DNA from: Alphaproteobacteria bacterium
Lineage (GTDB): Bacteria > Pseudomonadota > Alphaproteobacteria > UBA8317
Length of the DNA: 36,833 nt
Assembly (NCBI GenBank): GCA_038131935.1
Contig: JAYPQH010000015.1
Coordinates: forward strand, 1 to 36,833
Direction: 5' to 3'
The notes under the pieces are model-generated. The model was not told the DNA's origin. It worked only from the letters and a program-made list of their open reading frames with translations, and did no database searches. Positions 10,157-20,220 of this stretch are shown piece by piece. Numbering within the stretch: the first letter of the stretch is position 1; every line of letters starts with the position of its first letter. The translations under genes and the position numbers were made by a program.

Positions 10157-11257
10157 TTGCAAAAAATTGAACATATTGATGCACAGCTTTTTAGACTACC
10201 GCTTGCTGAAACACTTTCTGATGCAAAACATGGAGATCACACACATTTTGAACTCATCACGGCAACCATAACAACGAGTGATGGAATCACTGGGACTGGT
10301 TATGCATATACAGGGGGTTGGGGTGGCCATGCCATTCTAGCCATGATCAATCATGACTTACGCCCTTTTTTAATAGGTCGATACAGTGATAATATTGAGC
10401 AATTACACGATAATATGAGATGGCATATTCACTATGTTGGTCGCGGAGGTTTATCTGCATTTGCAATTGCTGCCATTGATGTTGCCTTGTGGGATATTCG
10501 CGGTAAAAGATTGGGGCAATCCCTTCTGGCAATGGCTGGTGGCTCAGCAAACCGTTGCAAAGCTTATGCTGGTGGAATCGATCTTAATTTTTCATTGGAC
10601 AAATTGCTCAGAAATATTGATGGATATTTGAGTCGCGGCTTTAACGGTGTAAAAATTAAGGTGGGACGGCAGAATCTGGATGAGGATATAGAGAGAGTTT
10701 TTGCTGTTCGCGAATGTATTGGTGAACAAACCCAGTTAATGGTTGATGCCAATTATGGTATGTCAACCGACCATGCAATTGAGGCCATACGGCGTTTTAA
10801 AAACGCAAACATCACTTGGTTTGAAGAACCCATAGACCCTGATGATTTTAATGGGTATCGCAATATTTTTAAAAAAACTGAATTTCCCCTTGCAATTGGT
10901 GAAAATTGCCATTCTTTTCACGAATTTGCGTTGCTTGCAGAGCTAGGTGTTTTTAAGTTTTTTCAACCTGATGTAGCAACATGCGGAGGAAGCACGACTT
11001 GGCTAAGGGTCGCTGATTTGGCCGATCATGCTGGGATAACTTTGTGCACCCACGGCATGCATGAATTGCATGTTAGTTTGCTATCGGCGCGGGAAAAACA
11101 AGGCTGGCTAGAAGTACATTCTTTTCCAATTGATGCCTACACATCAAGGCCATTGAAAATTGATAACGATCACATGGCAGTCGCACCAGATGTACCGGGC
11201 ATTGGTGTCGAATTCGACTGGCAACTGCTTCATGAAAATAATGCTCTTGGCACATGA
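10157..11257 (+). CDS. Mandelate racemase/muconate lactonizing enzyme (enolase superfamily), probable acid-sugar dehydratase
   Basis: AIDVALWD, VKIKVG (KxK), metal ligands in LMVDAN, WFEEP and GEN, then QPD and HGMHELH. Confidence 0.9.
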   Translation: MQKIEHIDAQLFRLPLAETLSDAKHGDHTHFELITATITTSDGITGTGYAYTGGWGGHAILAMINHDLRPFLIGRYSDNIEQLHDNMRWHIHYVGRGGLSAFAIAAIDVALWDIRGKRLGQSLLAMAGGSANRCKAYAGGIDLNFSLDKLLRNIDGYLSRGFNGVKIKVGRQNLDEDIERVFAVRECIGEQTQLMVDANYGMSTDHAIEAIRRFKNANITWFEEPIDPDDFNGYRNIFKKTEFPLAIGENCHSFHEFALLAELGVFKFFQPDVATCGGSTTWLRVADLADHAGITLCTHGMHELHVSLLSAREKQGWLEVHSFPIDAYTSRPLKIDNDHMAVAPDVPGIGVEFDWQLLHENNALGT

Positions 11258-11316
11258 ATTCAGACAAAAATTCAAAAGTTATAATGAGTTTAAAAAGCCT
11301 GCAATATTACTCCCGT

Positions 11317-11923
11317 TCATCCATAACTGGTTGGCCCCATCATCAATAAAGGTGCTTCACGGGTAAAACGCATACAATCTGCAACCATATAATCGACATA
11401 ATGAAGAACAATAGCTTCTAATGAAATTGGTTTGGCGCCAATGTGACGTGTATGCGAGAGAATGATGTTCACAATTTCGTCTGAAGAATTATGTTTCAAG
11501 GCCTGATGAGCTGCATAAACAGCATGAGGCATGACACTGGCTACCCTGCTAAATTTTGCGCCCTTGCTGCATATCAGGTTCCATTTTGACTATTTTACTC
11601 GCATCAAGCAATAGCCCTCCCACAATTAACAAATCAGTATCAAACACCAATTCATCATAGCGTGAAGACATTAAGTGACTTACCGCGATGGCCATTTCCG
11701 AGACGGCATTTGCTTGTCGAACAATGGGAAGACCAGGCAATTTTGGATTGCTAGGACAATCTATGATGTCGTCCCATTTTGAAGCCCTCCATCCTTCTAG
11801 CCAAATATCAATAACCAATGTCTCATATGTTTTATCCTTTAGCTTAGAAAGGACAGAAAAATGCCGTCTGATTGCCTCACGGGCCAAAACATCATTTTCT
11901 TTATCCATTATTCTTGACCCCAT
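11317..11923 (-). CDS. HD-superfamily-like protein with degenerate metal-binding motif; one frameshift near 11560
   Basis: ORFs 11549..11923 and 11317..11532 join as ..GAKFSRVASVMPHAVY... The HD-fold pattern DLLIVGGLLLDASK..PH..IVNIILSH..P.SLEAIVLHYVD is present. Confidence 0.65.
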
Positions 11924-12223
11924 CCCTATTTACGCAGCAAAAAATGATAGCGCAGCTTTAATGCTTGCACAAATCAAACAGCCAGATAGGTACACCAAAT
12001 CTAAAGTTAATCTTTGACAGACATCTGCTTTCAAGAGCGATCATTATTGATATCATTCTCACAGTTGCTCAAATGAAATAATATTTCCACTGATGGTACT
12101 TGCTGCAACAGTCATTGAACTTGCAAGCCATATCTTCTCAATGCGAGAGTATAAGAATAAACTTGGCTACTTTTTGCTCATCATTGTGGCCAAATTTTTT
12201 ATAAACAAGGTCTTACTCGTTTA

Positions 12224-13009
12224 TTATTTTCCAATAAATTTAGGTTGCCGTTTTTGAAGGAAGGAATCCCTTCCTTCTTTATAGTCAAAGCTATTTGCAA
12301 ATGAGTAAAAATTCTCACGTTCACATTTTGTAATTGGTGCAGAATCCCATAGCAAACGCGACAATTGTCGCTTCATATCATGCAGTGCCAAGGGAGACAT
12401 CAAGGCAATATTTTCTGCTATTTTGACTGTTTCATCTGACAACTGATCTTCACGGACAACACGTCCAATAAAGCCCTTCTGTAACGCTTCATCGGCGTTA
12501 AAAATTCGTCCCTCAAGCAACAATTCCGCAGAAAACGGGAACCCAAATTTTCTAACCAGCAATTCTGTTTCTGCAAGAGCAAGCGGAAAACCTAATCGCG
12601 CAACTGCAGCTCCGAAGCGCGATTGAGCTGTTGCAAGTCGGATATCGCAAGCAGCAGCAATTTCCAAACCACCCCCAGTACATATCCCAGAAATTGAGGC
12701 GACCACCACATGTCTGCTATCAAGCAGTGCTTGTAGTGCCGGTCCCACTATCTCCTCATGATACCGCGTTACCTGCGCATGCGTACTTCTCACCTTATCA
12801 AATTCAGATATATCAGCCCCAGCAGCGAAAGCCCGCTCGCCATCTCCTTTAATAACAACACATCGCAATGATTCATCACTTGAGAGCTTTGTTACTTCTG
12901 AATTCAAGCTCTGCCACATTTCGCACGTAAGGGCATTATGCTTATCGAGATTTGAAATCACAACAAATGCTGTTGTTGATACGCGCGAAACCTTGATAAC
13001 ACCGCCCAT
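12224..13009 (-). CDS. Enoyl-CoA hydratase/isomerase (crotonase) family protein
   Basis: AFAAGADISEF, GICTGGGLEIAAACDIRLA and the C-terminal DYKEG..SFLQKRQPKF.GK. Confidence 0.92.
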   Translation of the reverse strand: MGGVIKVSRVSTTAFVVISNLDKHNALTCEMWQSLNSEVTKLSSDESLRCVVIKGDGERAFAAGADISEFDKVRSTHAQVTRYHEEIVGPALQALLDSRHVVVASISGICTGGGLEIAAACDIRLATAQSRFGAAVARLGFPLALAETELLVRKFGFPFSAELLLEGRIFNADEALQKGFIGRVVREDQLSDETVKIAENIALMSPLALHDMKRQLSRLLWDSAPITKCERENFYSFANSFDYKEGRDSFLQKRQPKFIGK

Positions 13010-13136
13010 AAAGTTTGTTCTCCGATGAAACCCTTACCCAAATCAAATAGGATACAAAATAACAAAACAAAACATAAGTTATTATTTTGAAAAAAAATAG
13101 TTTTCTTTCACGGCGAGAACTTTTACCTGTTAAACT

Positions 13137-13167
13137 AGGTATGCAATTCACAAAGTCTTGCATACCT
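13137..13167. promoter_or_regulatory. Perfect 10-bp inverted repeat, candidate transcription-factor operator upstream of the crotonase gene
   Basis: AGGTATGCAA-N11-TTGCATACCT, about 130 bp upstream of the crotonase start. Confidence 0.5.
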
Positions 13168-13257
13168 TTCAAGATAAAAATTCAAGCGAAACCAAAAGCA
13201 AATTTTCTTAAGAATTCTTAACAGAGGTATTTGTTAAACACCCCTTTCTTTTTCTGT

Positions 13258-13842
13258 TTACATACGCAGAGCCAAAATCTTTTTCTTAATGCCACCAGGT
13301 TCAACATCTATTTTCATGTCTAATGTACCCTTTGGCGCAGCAGGAGGTGTACCCGTGAATTGCGCTGTGGCGCAGAGTTTTGCTTTGAGTTTAGGGATAT
13401 TGATATTAATTTTTCCTTTTAGGACGCAGGAAGCGTCAGTTTTATTTGCACCAGTCACTTTACCTGATAAAAAATCAAAGCAGACGGTTGTTTTTGAACC
13501 CACGCGAATACTGCACCTGGCTGTAATGTCAAATTTCTTTGAAGAAAAATTAAATCTTGTTGTGTTGGTCACAGAGACACGATTATTCTCATAACCCTTT
13601 GCTGCTGTGGTAACTTGACCCCAATTGCGTATTGTGAGGTCGGCAACAACCAAATTCTTTTTCTTAACTGGCTTATCGTCCCATTGCGCAATGACTTTTG
13701 GTAAATTTTTGCCAATTTTCTCTTTTATTGCCTCTATCTTCGCACTGCCGGGCAGTTGTTGTGTCAAGTTATTTCCAGCCCATACCGCTGCTGGCATCAT
13801 CAAACTTGCAATCAAGGCAAATGCCTGTATTTTTTTTATCAT
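13258..13842 (-). CDS. Hypothetical secreted protein (Sec signal peptide, Lys-rich, 4 Cys)
   Basis: ATG at 13842 after a purine-rich RBS. MIKKIQAFALIASLMMPAAVWA|G is a typical signal peptide. Intact 194-codon frame; no family recognised. Confidence 0.7.
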   Translation of the reverse strand: MIKKIQAFALIASLMMPAAVWAGNNLTQQLPGSAKIEAIKEKIGKNLPKVIAQWDDKPVKKKNLVVADLTIRNWGQVTTAAKGYENNRVSVTNTTRFNFSSKKFDITARCSIRVGSKTTVCFDFLSGKVTGANKTDASCVLKGKININIPKLKAKLCATAQFTGTPPAAPKGTLDMKIDVEPGGIKKKILALRM

Positions 13843-13957
13843 GAACGTTCTCTTTTCCAACATTTTGATAATAAACATTTATTAGGTGAACCGGTCACAA
13901 AAACATCATCGGCTCAAAAAATAATGGAAAAAACATGCCAAATTTTAATTAGTTCAA

Positions 13958-14049
13958 CATATTCTCACCATCTTGATGAAAACACAGGAATATTATTAAC
14001 TCAACATGCAAAAACTGCTCTTTCGGAAAGGCAGGTTGATGAGAATATG
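13958..14049. repeat. 18-bp imperfect inverted repeat pair enclosing an internal hairpin, in a divergent intergenic region
   Basis: CATATTCTCACCATCTTG (13958-13975) matches the reverse complement of 14032-14049 (CATATTCTCATCAACCTG) at 15/18 positions, with the outer 10 perfect. Confidence 0.55.
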
Positions 14050-14177
14050 AGCAAAACAATGCATTTCCTATCCAGCCATTTTGTTTGATATTTCAATTTA
14101 TTGAGACATAAAATGAAATAGCCATGAAGAAGATGTATCTGGCTTACCAAGTGACTTTTACCATGAAGGAAAAATCT

Positions 14178-15071
14178 ATGAAAAATATATGTGTGATAGG
14201 TCTAGGTTCCATGGGCATGGGTATGGCCAAGTCACTTTTTAGAGCTGGATTCAACGTGACGGGAGTTGATACGCAAACCAAAGCTGTTGAACAATTTCAA
14301 CATTTTGGTGGCCAAGCCGCCACGAGTCTTGCTGATTATAACAACTTTGATGCTGTTTTTTTGGTTGTATTGAACGAACAACAGACTCTTGATGTTTTGT
14401 TTGGCAATGAGGGAATTGCAAAGCAACTTCAATCCAATTGCATCGTTTTTGGATGTGCAACCATCTCACCTTCTGGCGCAAAAGACATAGAAACTCAGCT
14501 CAAAGCCCTGGCCCCGAATGTGTTTTATCTCGATGCGCCCATTTCAGGAGGTTCTGAAAAATCTGCCTTAGGAAAATTAAGTATTCTTCTTTCTGGCCAT
14601 AAAGATGCACAAGAGCAAGCCAGGCCTTACTTGGACGCTATCTCAGAAAAATGTTTTCCACTTGGTAATGATGTTGGTACAGCCTCTGCTATGAAAGCTG
14701 TCAATCAATTACTTGCTGGGGTACATATCGCCGCCATGGCAGAAGCTTTGGTATTTGCAGCCTCTCAAAATATTGAACCTAAACTCTTTTTAGAGACGAT
14801 TAGCCAATGCGCTGGTACAAGTTGGATGCTGGAAAACAGAGCGCCACATATTGTCGAGGGTGATTATACCCCTAAAAGCAGTGTAAATATTTGGCCTAAA
14901 GACCTATCTATCGTGAAAGATATTGCGGAAAAATCTCATGTGGATATTCCACTTGCAAGAACTGCACTTGCTCAATTTATGGAAGCATCACAGAATGGCT
15001 TGGGCAATGAGGACGACGCAGCTGTTGCAAAGATTTACGCACAAAAATCTGGCATCACCCTGCCCTCATAA
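14178..15071 (+). CDS. ltnD: L-threonate dehydrogenase (3-hydroxyisobutyrate dehydrogenase family)
   Basis: RBS AAGGA before ATG 14178. VIGLGSMGMGMA, LDAPISGG, MKAVNQLLAGVHIAAMAEA and SWMLENRAPHIVEGDYTP.S.VNIWPKDL fit the LtnD subfamily. Confidence 0.8.
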   Translation: MKNICVIGLGSMGMGMAKSLFRAGFNVTGVDTQTKAVEQFQHFGGQAATSLADYNNFDAVFLVVLNEQQTLDVLFGNEGIAKQLQSNCIVFGCATISPSGAKDIETQLKALAPNVFYLDAPISGGSEKSALGKLSILLSGHKDAQEQARPYLDAISEKCFPLGNDVGTASAMKAVNQLLAGVHIAAMAEALVFAASQNIEPKLFLETISQCAGTSWMLENRAPHIVEGDYTPKSSVNIWPKDLSIVKDIAEKSHVDIPLARTALAQFMEASQNGLGNEDDAAVAKIYAQKSGITLPS

Positions 15072-15131
15072 GAAAAATGTTTCTGTTTTGTTGCGTATTT
15101 ATCAAATGCCTTGCTCGTAAAAGGAGCTTCC

Positions 15132-16177
15132 ATGACCAACCATCTCAGTATTTTTGGAACAAAAAACCAACCTGTAGCGGGCCCTGGATTGTGGGATAGA
15201 ACCCAAATTTCAGCAGATAATGGTTGGCGTTACCAACTATCGAAGGAAACATTACACGAAATAGCCCAGAATATAGACAAGCGTCATGGCTTTGACAGAC
15301 AATTACGTGATGTTGATCCTAGCGTTTTTCCACTCCCCAGTTTTGCAAATCAAGCCAAAACAATCAAAGAGCAATTAAGTAAAGGACGAGGTATTGCACA
15401 GCTATCAGGGCTAAATGTTGGGGATTATACAGTCGAAGAACTTAAATATATTTTTACAGCTCTTGCGAGCCATATAGGCGTGACTGTTTCACAAAGTCAT
15501 CTGGGTGATTATATCGGGAAGTCATGGACAGACGTGATCCACAAGATGAACGACGCTATCACAATGGAGGTGAATTTGTGATGCATCGTGATCCTACGGC
15601 TGATGTGACGGCTCTACTTTCTATACGTAAAGCGTTATCAGGTGGCATGAGTCGCATCATGAGTGCAGCTGCCCTGCATAATCATTTACTGCAACATTAT
15701 CCCGATCTTATGGAAACAATTTATCAAGGTTTTTATTACAGGCGCACAACACCAGATCGGGGCAATACAGCATTGTATACAGATCACCCGATCCCAACAT
15801 TTTATTTTTATGATGATGGTGAATTCATGGCCCATTTTATTCCATATTTTTCAGAAGATTACCTAGAAAGGGATAAAATACCCGATAACCATATTCTTAG
15901 GCATGCTCTTGCAGCAATCAAGCAAACCATCTGGGACACACCAGAGCTTTATCTTGAATATTTGATGGAGCCTGGAGACATTCAGTTCGTAAATAACAGG
16001 ACCACACTACATTCACGAACAAATTACCAAGATGCTCAGGATATCAATCAAGCGCGGTTGTTGTTACGGGTTTGGATGCAATTACCAGGTCTCAAAAAAG
16101 TACCCGACCAAATGCAATATTTCCTCAACAGAGACAGAGCTGATGGCGGGATTGCCAAGGCTTCGGAGCAAAAATAA
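15132..16177 (+). CDS. TauD/TfdA-family Fe(II)/2-oxoglutarate dioxygenase; one frameshift near 15520
   Basis: RBS AAGGAG before ATG 15132. HxD motif (MHRD), GGMSRIMS, PGDIQFVNN..TLHSRT.Y and RLLLRVW. Confidence 0.85.
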
Positions 16178-16186
16178 GAATCCTGA

Positions 16187-17074
16187 TTAATTTTTTTTCA
16201 CAGCGTGAGCATTGGCTTTCTGCCTGTCAAATTCCAACCTCCGTCGTTGAATTTCTTCATCACTGAGTTTACGGGCGTTTGAGTAATCATCCTGCCAGGA
16301 AAAATCATTCGCCCATAAAGACTGGCTATGAACGGTTGTTCGAGGCTGCTTGGCGGATTCTAACAAACCAAGCGCTTCGCGTAAGGTTGTCATCTGCGCC
16401 AATTCATCATGCGGTTTCCCCGCACCATTCCCGAGGGGGTGATTTGAAAACAAAAACCTCGGAACACCAATATGCTCAACGATATCTTTTGCGCATCCCA
16501 TAACAACAGTTGGTATGCCAGCCTCTTCAATCATATTCGCAACAATTGAACAACTTTGATGACACACTGGACAATTGGGTATCAACAAAACAGCATCCAC
16601 CTGATCTTCTCTCAGCATAGAAATGATTTCTATGCCATCTTCTTTCGTTGCTCGAATAGATCGATTGGTGGGTAGGCCATAAAAGTTTGCAGCACGTTTA
16701 AAGATGGTTCCTTCATCCTCACTGCGCTTTAGTGCTTTAGAGGGAAACCATGCTTGTTGATCTGTTGCTGGGCTATGACTTCGATCATACGCGATATGCG
16801 CAACGCTTAAAGCAGGCTCAGGTTCGTGGGGCATGCGATAGGGCTTAAAAAACTTTGCGGCACCATTATAGGCAGCCCTCGGCCCTTGATCACCAACACC
16901 ATCACGAACCAACGCAGATGTCGTTACAATAGCCACAGTTTTTTCCACCAACAGTCCATTAAAGGCTGAAAAATAGACCTTGTCATGAATATACCAGCGA
17001 TATGGTTCACCATAACCCAATGTTTGATAATATTGGGCAATACGTGGGATGTAAGATAAAAAGGGACCTGACAT
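16187..17074 (-). CDS. Glycine/sarcosine/betaine/proline reductase selenoprotein-B-like protein (Cys homolog, CxxC)
   Basis: VAIVTTS, HIAYDR, D...WFP..AL, DAVLLIPNCPVCHQS.S.VA..IEEAGIPTV and VPRFLF..HPLG resemble the PrdB/GrdB-like family, with Cys at the Sec position. Confidence 0.75.
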   Translation of the reverse strand: MSGPFLSYIPRIAQYYQTLGYGEPYRWYIHDKVYFSAFNGLLVEKTVAIVTTSALVRDGVGDQGPRAAYNGAAKFFKPYRMPHEPEPALSVAHIAYDRSHSPATDQQAWFPSKALKRSEDEGTIFKRAANFYGLPTNRSIRATKEDGIEIISMLREDQVDAVLLIPNCPVCHQSCSIVANMIEEAGIPTVVMGCAKDIVEHIGVPRFLFSNHPLGNGAGKPHDELAQMTTLREALGLLESAKQPRTTVHSQSLWANDFSWQDDYSNARKLSDEEIQRRRLEFDRQKANAHAVKKN

Positions 17075-17082
17075 TATACGTT

Positions 17083-18692
17083 TTACTGCAAGTAAAACCC
17101 TGCGTAGCCCTCCATTTGAACATCGTCACAAATCTTCCGATAATGATGCATCCCACCTGCATAAGGCATGAAAACGCGAGGTTTTCCTGGAACATTTGCC
17201 CCAAGATACCAAGAATGATTTGCTTTGGGGAGCAACGTCGCCTCTGCCGCACGGTTAACCTCAGCAACCCAATTTTTGCAATGCTCATCATCTGTTTCAA
17301 TCAACTGATGATCATGTTCGCGCATATAAGCAATACAATCTGCAATCCATTCTACATGCTGCTCGATTGCAACTGGCATATTACATAAAACTGATGGACT
17401 CCCGGGACCTGTGATCGTAAACATATTTGGAAAACCAGATACTTGTAAGCCAAGATATGTATATGGCCCTGCCGACCATGCGTCTTTCAATGGCTGTCCT
17501 TGCTTGCCTGTAATATTAAGATTAAGCAAAGAACCTGTCATTGCATCGAAACCAGTGGCAAAGACGATAATATCCAGATCATGTCGTGCACCCGATTTAA
17601 GCACCAGACCGTGCTCATCAATGTGATCAATAGGATCTGACCGCACATCTATCAAATGCACGTGGTCTTCATTGTAGGTTTCAAAATAATGGCTATCAAT
17701 GGGCGGACGTTTGGTGGCAAATGGATGGTCTATATTTGCAAGTTTTTCAGCAGTTTCTTTATCGGACACGATCGTACGGATTTGCTTTTTTATGAACTCT
17801 GCCGCGGTTTTATTGGCTTCATCATCAGCTAATATATCTTGAAAACTAGCACGGAATTGCAAGCCGCCTTTTGCCAAGCTTTGTTATAAATATCCAATCT
17901 TGTCTCATCGTCTACATCAAATGCTTTCGTAGGAGAAATTTCAAATGGATGGGCATTGGGTGTTTTTTTCACCAACGCACGGTAGTATTCAATATTATCT
18001 TTGACATGCTGTTTGAATTCATCATCAAGAGGACCATTATGCGCTGGGATGGAGTAATTTGCCGTTCGTTGAAAGACTCTTAATTCCCTTGCGGTTTGCG
18101 CGATAACTGGCACGCACTGAATGCCTGTCGAGCCAGTACCAATCTGCCCCACTCTTTTTCCAGAAAACTCTACCCCTTCATGTGGCCAGTTTCCTGTATG
18201 GTAATAGGATCCTTGAAATTTATCCAACCCTTCGATGTTCGGCATATTGGCTGATGACAAACATCCTACCGCCGTAATGAAAAATTGACATGTCCGTGTT
18301 ACGCCATTCTCAGTGGTTACCGACCAACCTCCGAGGTCTTCATGAAAGCGCGCGCCAACGACGCGGCTATTAAACTCGAATGATGATCGTAACTTTAATG
18401 TATCTGCCACATAATTTAGATAACGACGTATCTCTTCTTGACCTGGGTAACGCTCAGACCATTCCCAATTCTGAATAATTTCGTCAGAAAAAAAATAATT
18501 GTATGAATGGCTCTCAGAATCACAACGGGCCCCAGGATAACGGTTCCAGTACCAGGTCCCGCCAACACCACCACCTGCTTCAATGCCCAACACATTTAAA
18601 CCAAGCTTGTCTCGGAGAAGATGCAATTGGTACATTCCAGAGAACCCTGCCCCAACTACAATAGCGTCAAAATCAAACTTGCCTTTTGTCAC
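17083..18692 (-). CDS. Type I Baeyer-Villiger monooxygenase (cyclohexanone monooxygenase family); one frameshift near 17872
   Basis: VVGAGFSG, GGTWYWNRYPGARCDSES, the BVMO fingerprint FQGSYYHTGNWP (FxGxxxHxxxWP), GTGSTG, ATGFDA and SWYLGANVPGKPR. Confidence 0.93.
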
Positions 18693-18735
18693 AACGTCAC
18701 CTTTTAAAAATTTTTACCAAACTATTTTATTCATC

Positions 18736-19456
18736 TTAAATCGCAAGATAACGATCTGTAATCTCTTTATTGTCCCTCAATTGTCCAATAGTGCCACGAT
18801 AGACAATGGTACCTTTATCTATCACAGCTGCATCATCTGCTACCCCCAGGCAAAAACGCATGTTCTGTTCCGCGAGCAAAATGGTAACCCCTGAATTACG
18901 AAGACTCCTTATCAATCTTGCAATATCTTGGACGATAATAGGTGCCAAACCCTCAGACGGCTCATCAAGCAAAAGAATATCTGGATTTCCCATCAATGTT
19001 CTGGCGATGGTTAACATTTGTTGTTCGCCACCTGACAGCAACCCAGCCTTTCTCTGTTTTAAAGGAACAAGAAGAGGAAAGGTTTCAAAAACACGATCAA
19101 TCGTCCAATCGATCTGACCATGTCTCCCTTTTTTTCGCCGATGAGCAAATTTTCCACAACGGTATGATTTTTAAATACCTGACGATCTTCTGGAACATAG
19201 CCGATGCCAGAACGTGCAATGTCATAAGATTTTTGGATGATAAATTGTTACCATCTAATGACATCGTCCCAGATTTCATGGGCACAACGCCCGCTAATGA
19301 CTTCAAGGTTGGACTTTTTCCCGCACCATTACGCCCCAAAAGAGCAAGTGTACGTCCCTTTCCCACAGAAAGAGAGAGGTTAAACAAAATTTGTGAAGCA
19401 CCGTAAAATACATTTACGCCTTTGGCATCAAGCATATAATCAAGTCCCTCATCCAT
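18736..19456 (-). CDS. livF: Branched-chain amino acid-type ABC transporter ATP-binding protein (LivF-like); two frameshifts (~19235, ~19130)
   Basis: GRNGAGKS, GIGYVPEDRQVF (in an adjacent frame), LSGGEQQML, LLLDEPSEGLAP and EQN. Confidence 0.88.
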
Positions 19457-20216
19457 GATCAGGTCCTCCATCTAAATCAATATCTGCGCCTAAATAAGCT
19501 TCAATAACCTCTTCATTACGGCGAATTTCATCAGCAGTGCCGGAAGCAATGAGAGATCCATAGCGCAAGACGTGAATCTTCTGAGCAATTTCAAAAACAA
19601 TATCCATATCATGCTCAATGAAAATTAATGTTAAATCATTTTCCTGCCACAAACGCTGCACGGTACGGACCATTTGCCAACGCTCGTCTGGTCCCATGCC
19701 AGCAGTTGGCTCGTCTAATAAAAGAACACTCGGTTCAAGTGCCAAAGCAAGGCCGATATCTAGAACTTTCTGATCGCCATGAGAGATATTCGAGCACAAT
19801 TCATCTGCTACGGATTCAAGATCAAGAGTTTTAAGAAGTCGGTCACCTTTTTCTCTCAAATCATCTTGATGAAACAGCTGAAATATACGTTCAGAATGCC
19901 CTTGATGGGCCATAATGGATGCCATCAGGGCTTCTCGAACCGTAAAAGTGGGAAAAATATTTGCCACCTGGAAAGCCCTACCAACACCTCGATAAACAAT
20001 CTCTCTCGGCTTCAGCCCGACCAGTTCTGCACCATCTAATTTAATAGACCCACTGTTTGGCGTGAGGTGGCCAGTAATTTGATTAAAAAATGTCGTTTTA
20101 CCCGCGCCATTTGGCCCAATTATGGCCGTCAAAGAGCCCTTAGGAAAAAATATCGAGACGTTATCTGTTGCGACCACACCACCGAAAGATTTACGAAGAT
20201 TTTGTATATCAAGCAT
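19449..20216 (-). CDS. livG: Branched-chain amino acid-type ABC transporter ATP-binding protein (LivG-like)
   Basis: GPNGAGKTT, LLLDEPTAG, IEHDM and the C-terminal VIEAYLG. Confidence 0.92.
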   Translation of the reverse strand: MLDIQNLRKSFGGVVATDNVSIFFPKGSLTAIIGPNGAGKTTFFNQITGHLTPNSGSIKLDGAELVGLKPREIVYRGVGRAFQVANIFPTFTVREALMASIMAHQGHSERIFQLFHQDDLREKGDRLLKTLDLESVADELCSNISHGDQKVLDIGLALALEPSVLLLDEPTAGMGPDERWQMVRTVQRLWQENDLTLIFIEHDMDIVFEIAQKIHVLRYGSLIASGTADEIRRNEEVIEAYLGADIDLDGGPDHG

Positions 20217-20220
20217 GGTT

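Noticed and set aside
13208-13222. CtrA box (TTAA-N7-TTAA)
   Set aside because: The spacer is 6 nt, not 7.
16187-17074. Selenocysteine recoding in the GrdB-like gene
   Set aside because: The frame is open with Cys codons in CPVC and has no in-frame TGA.
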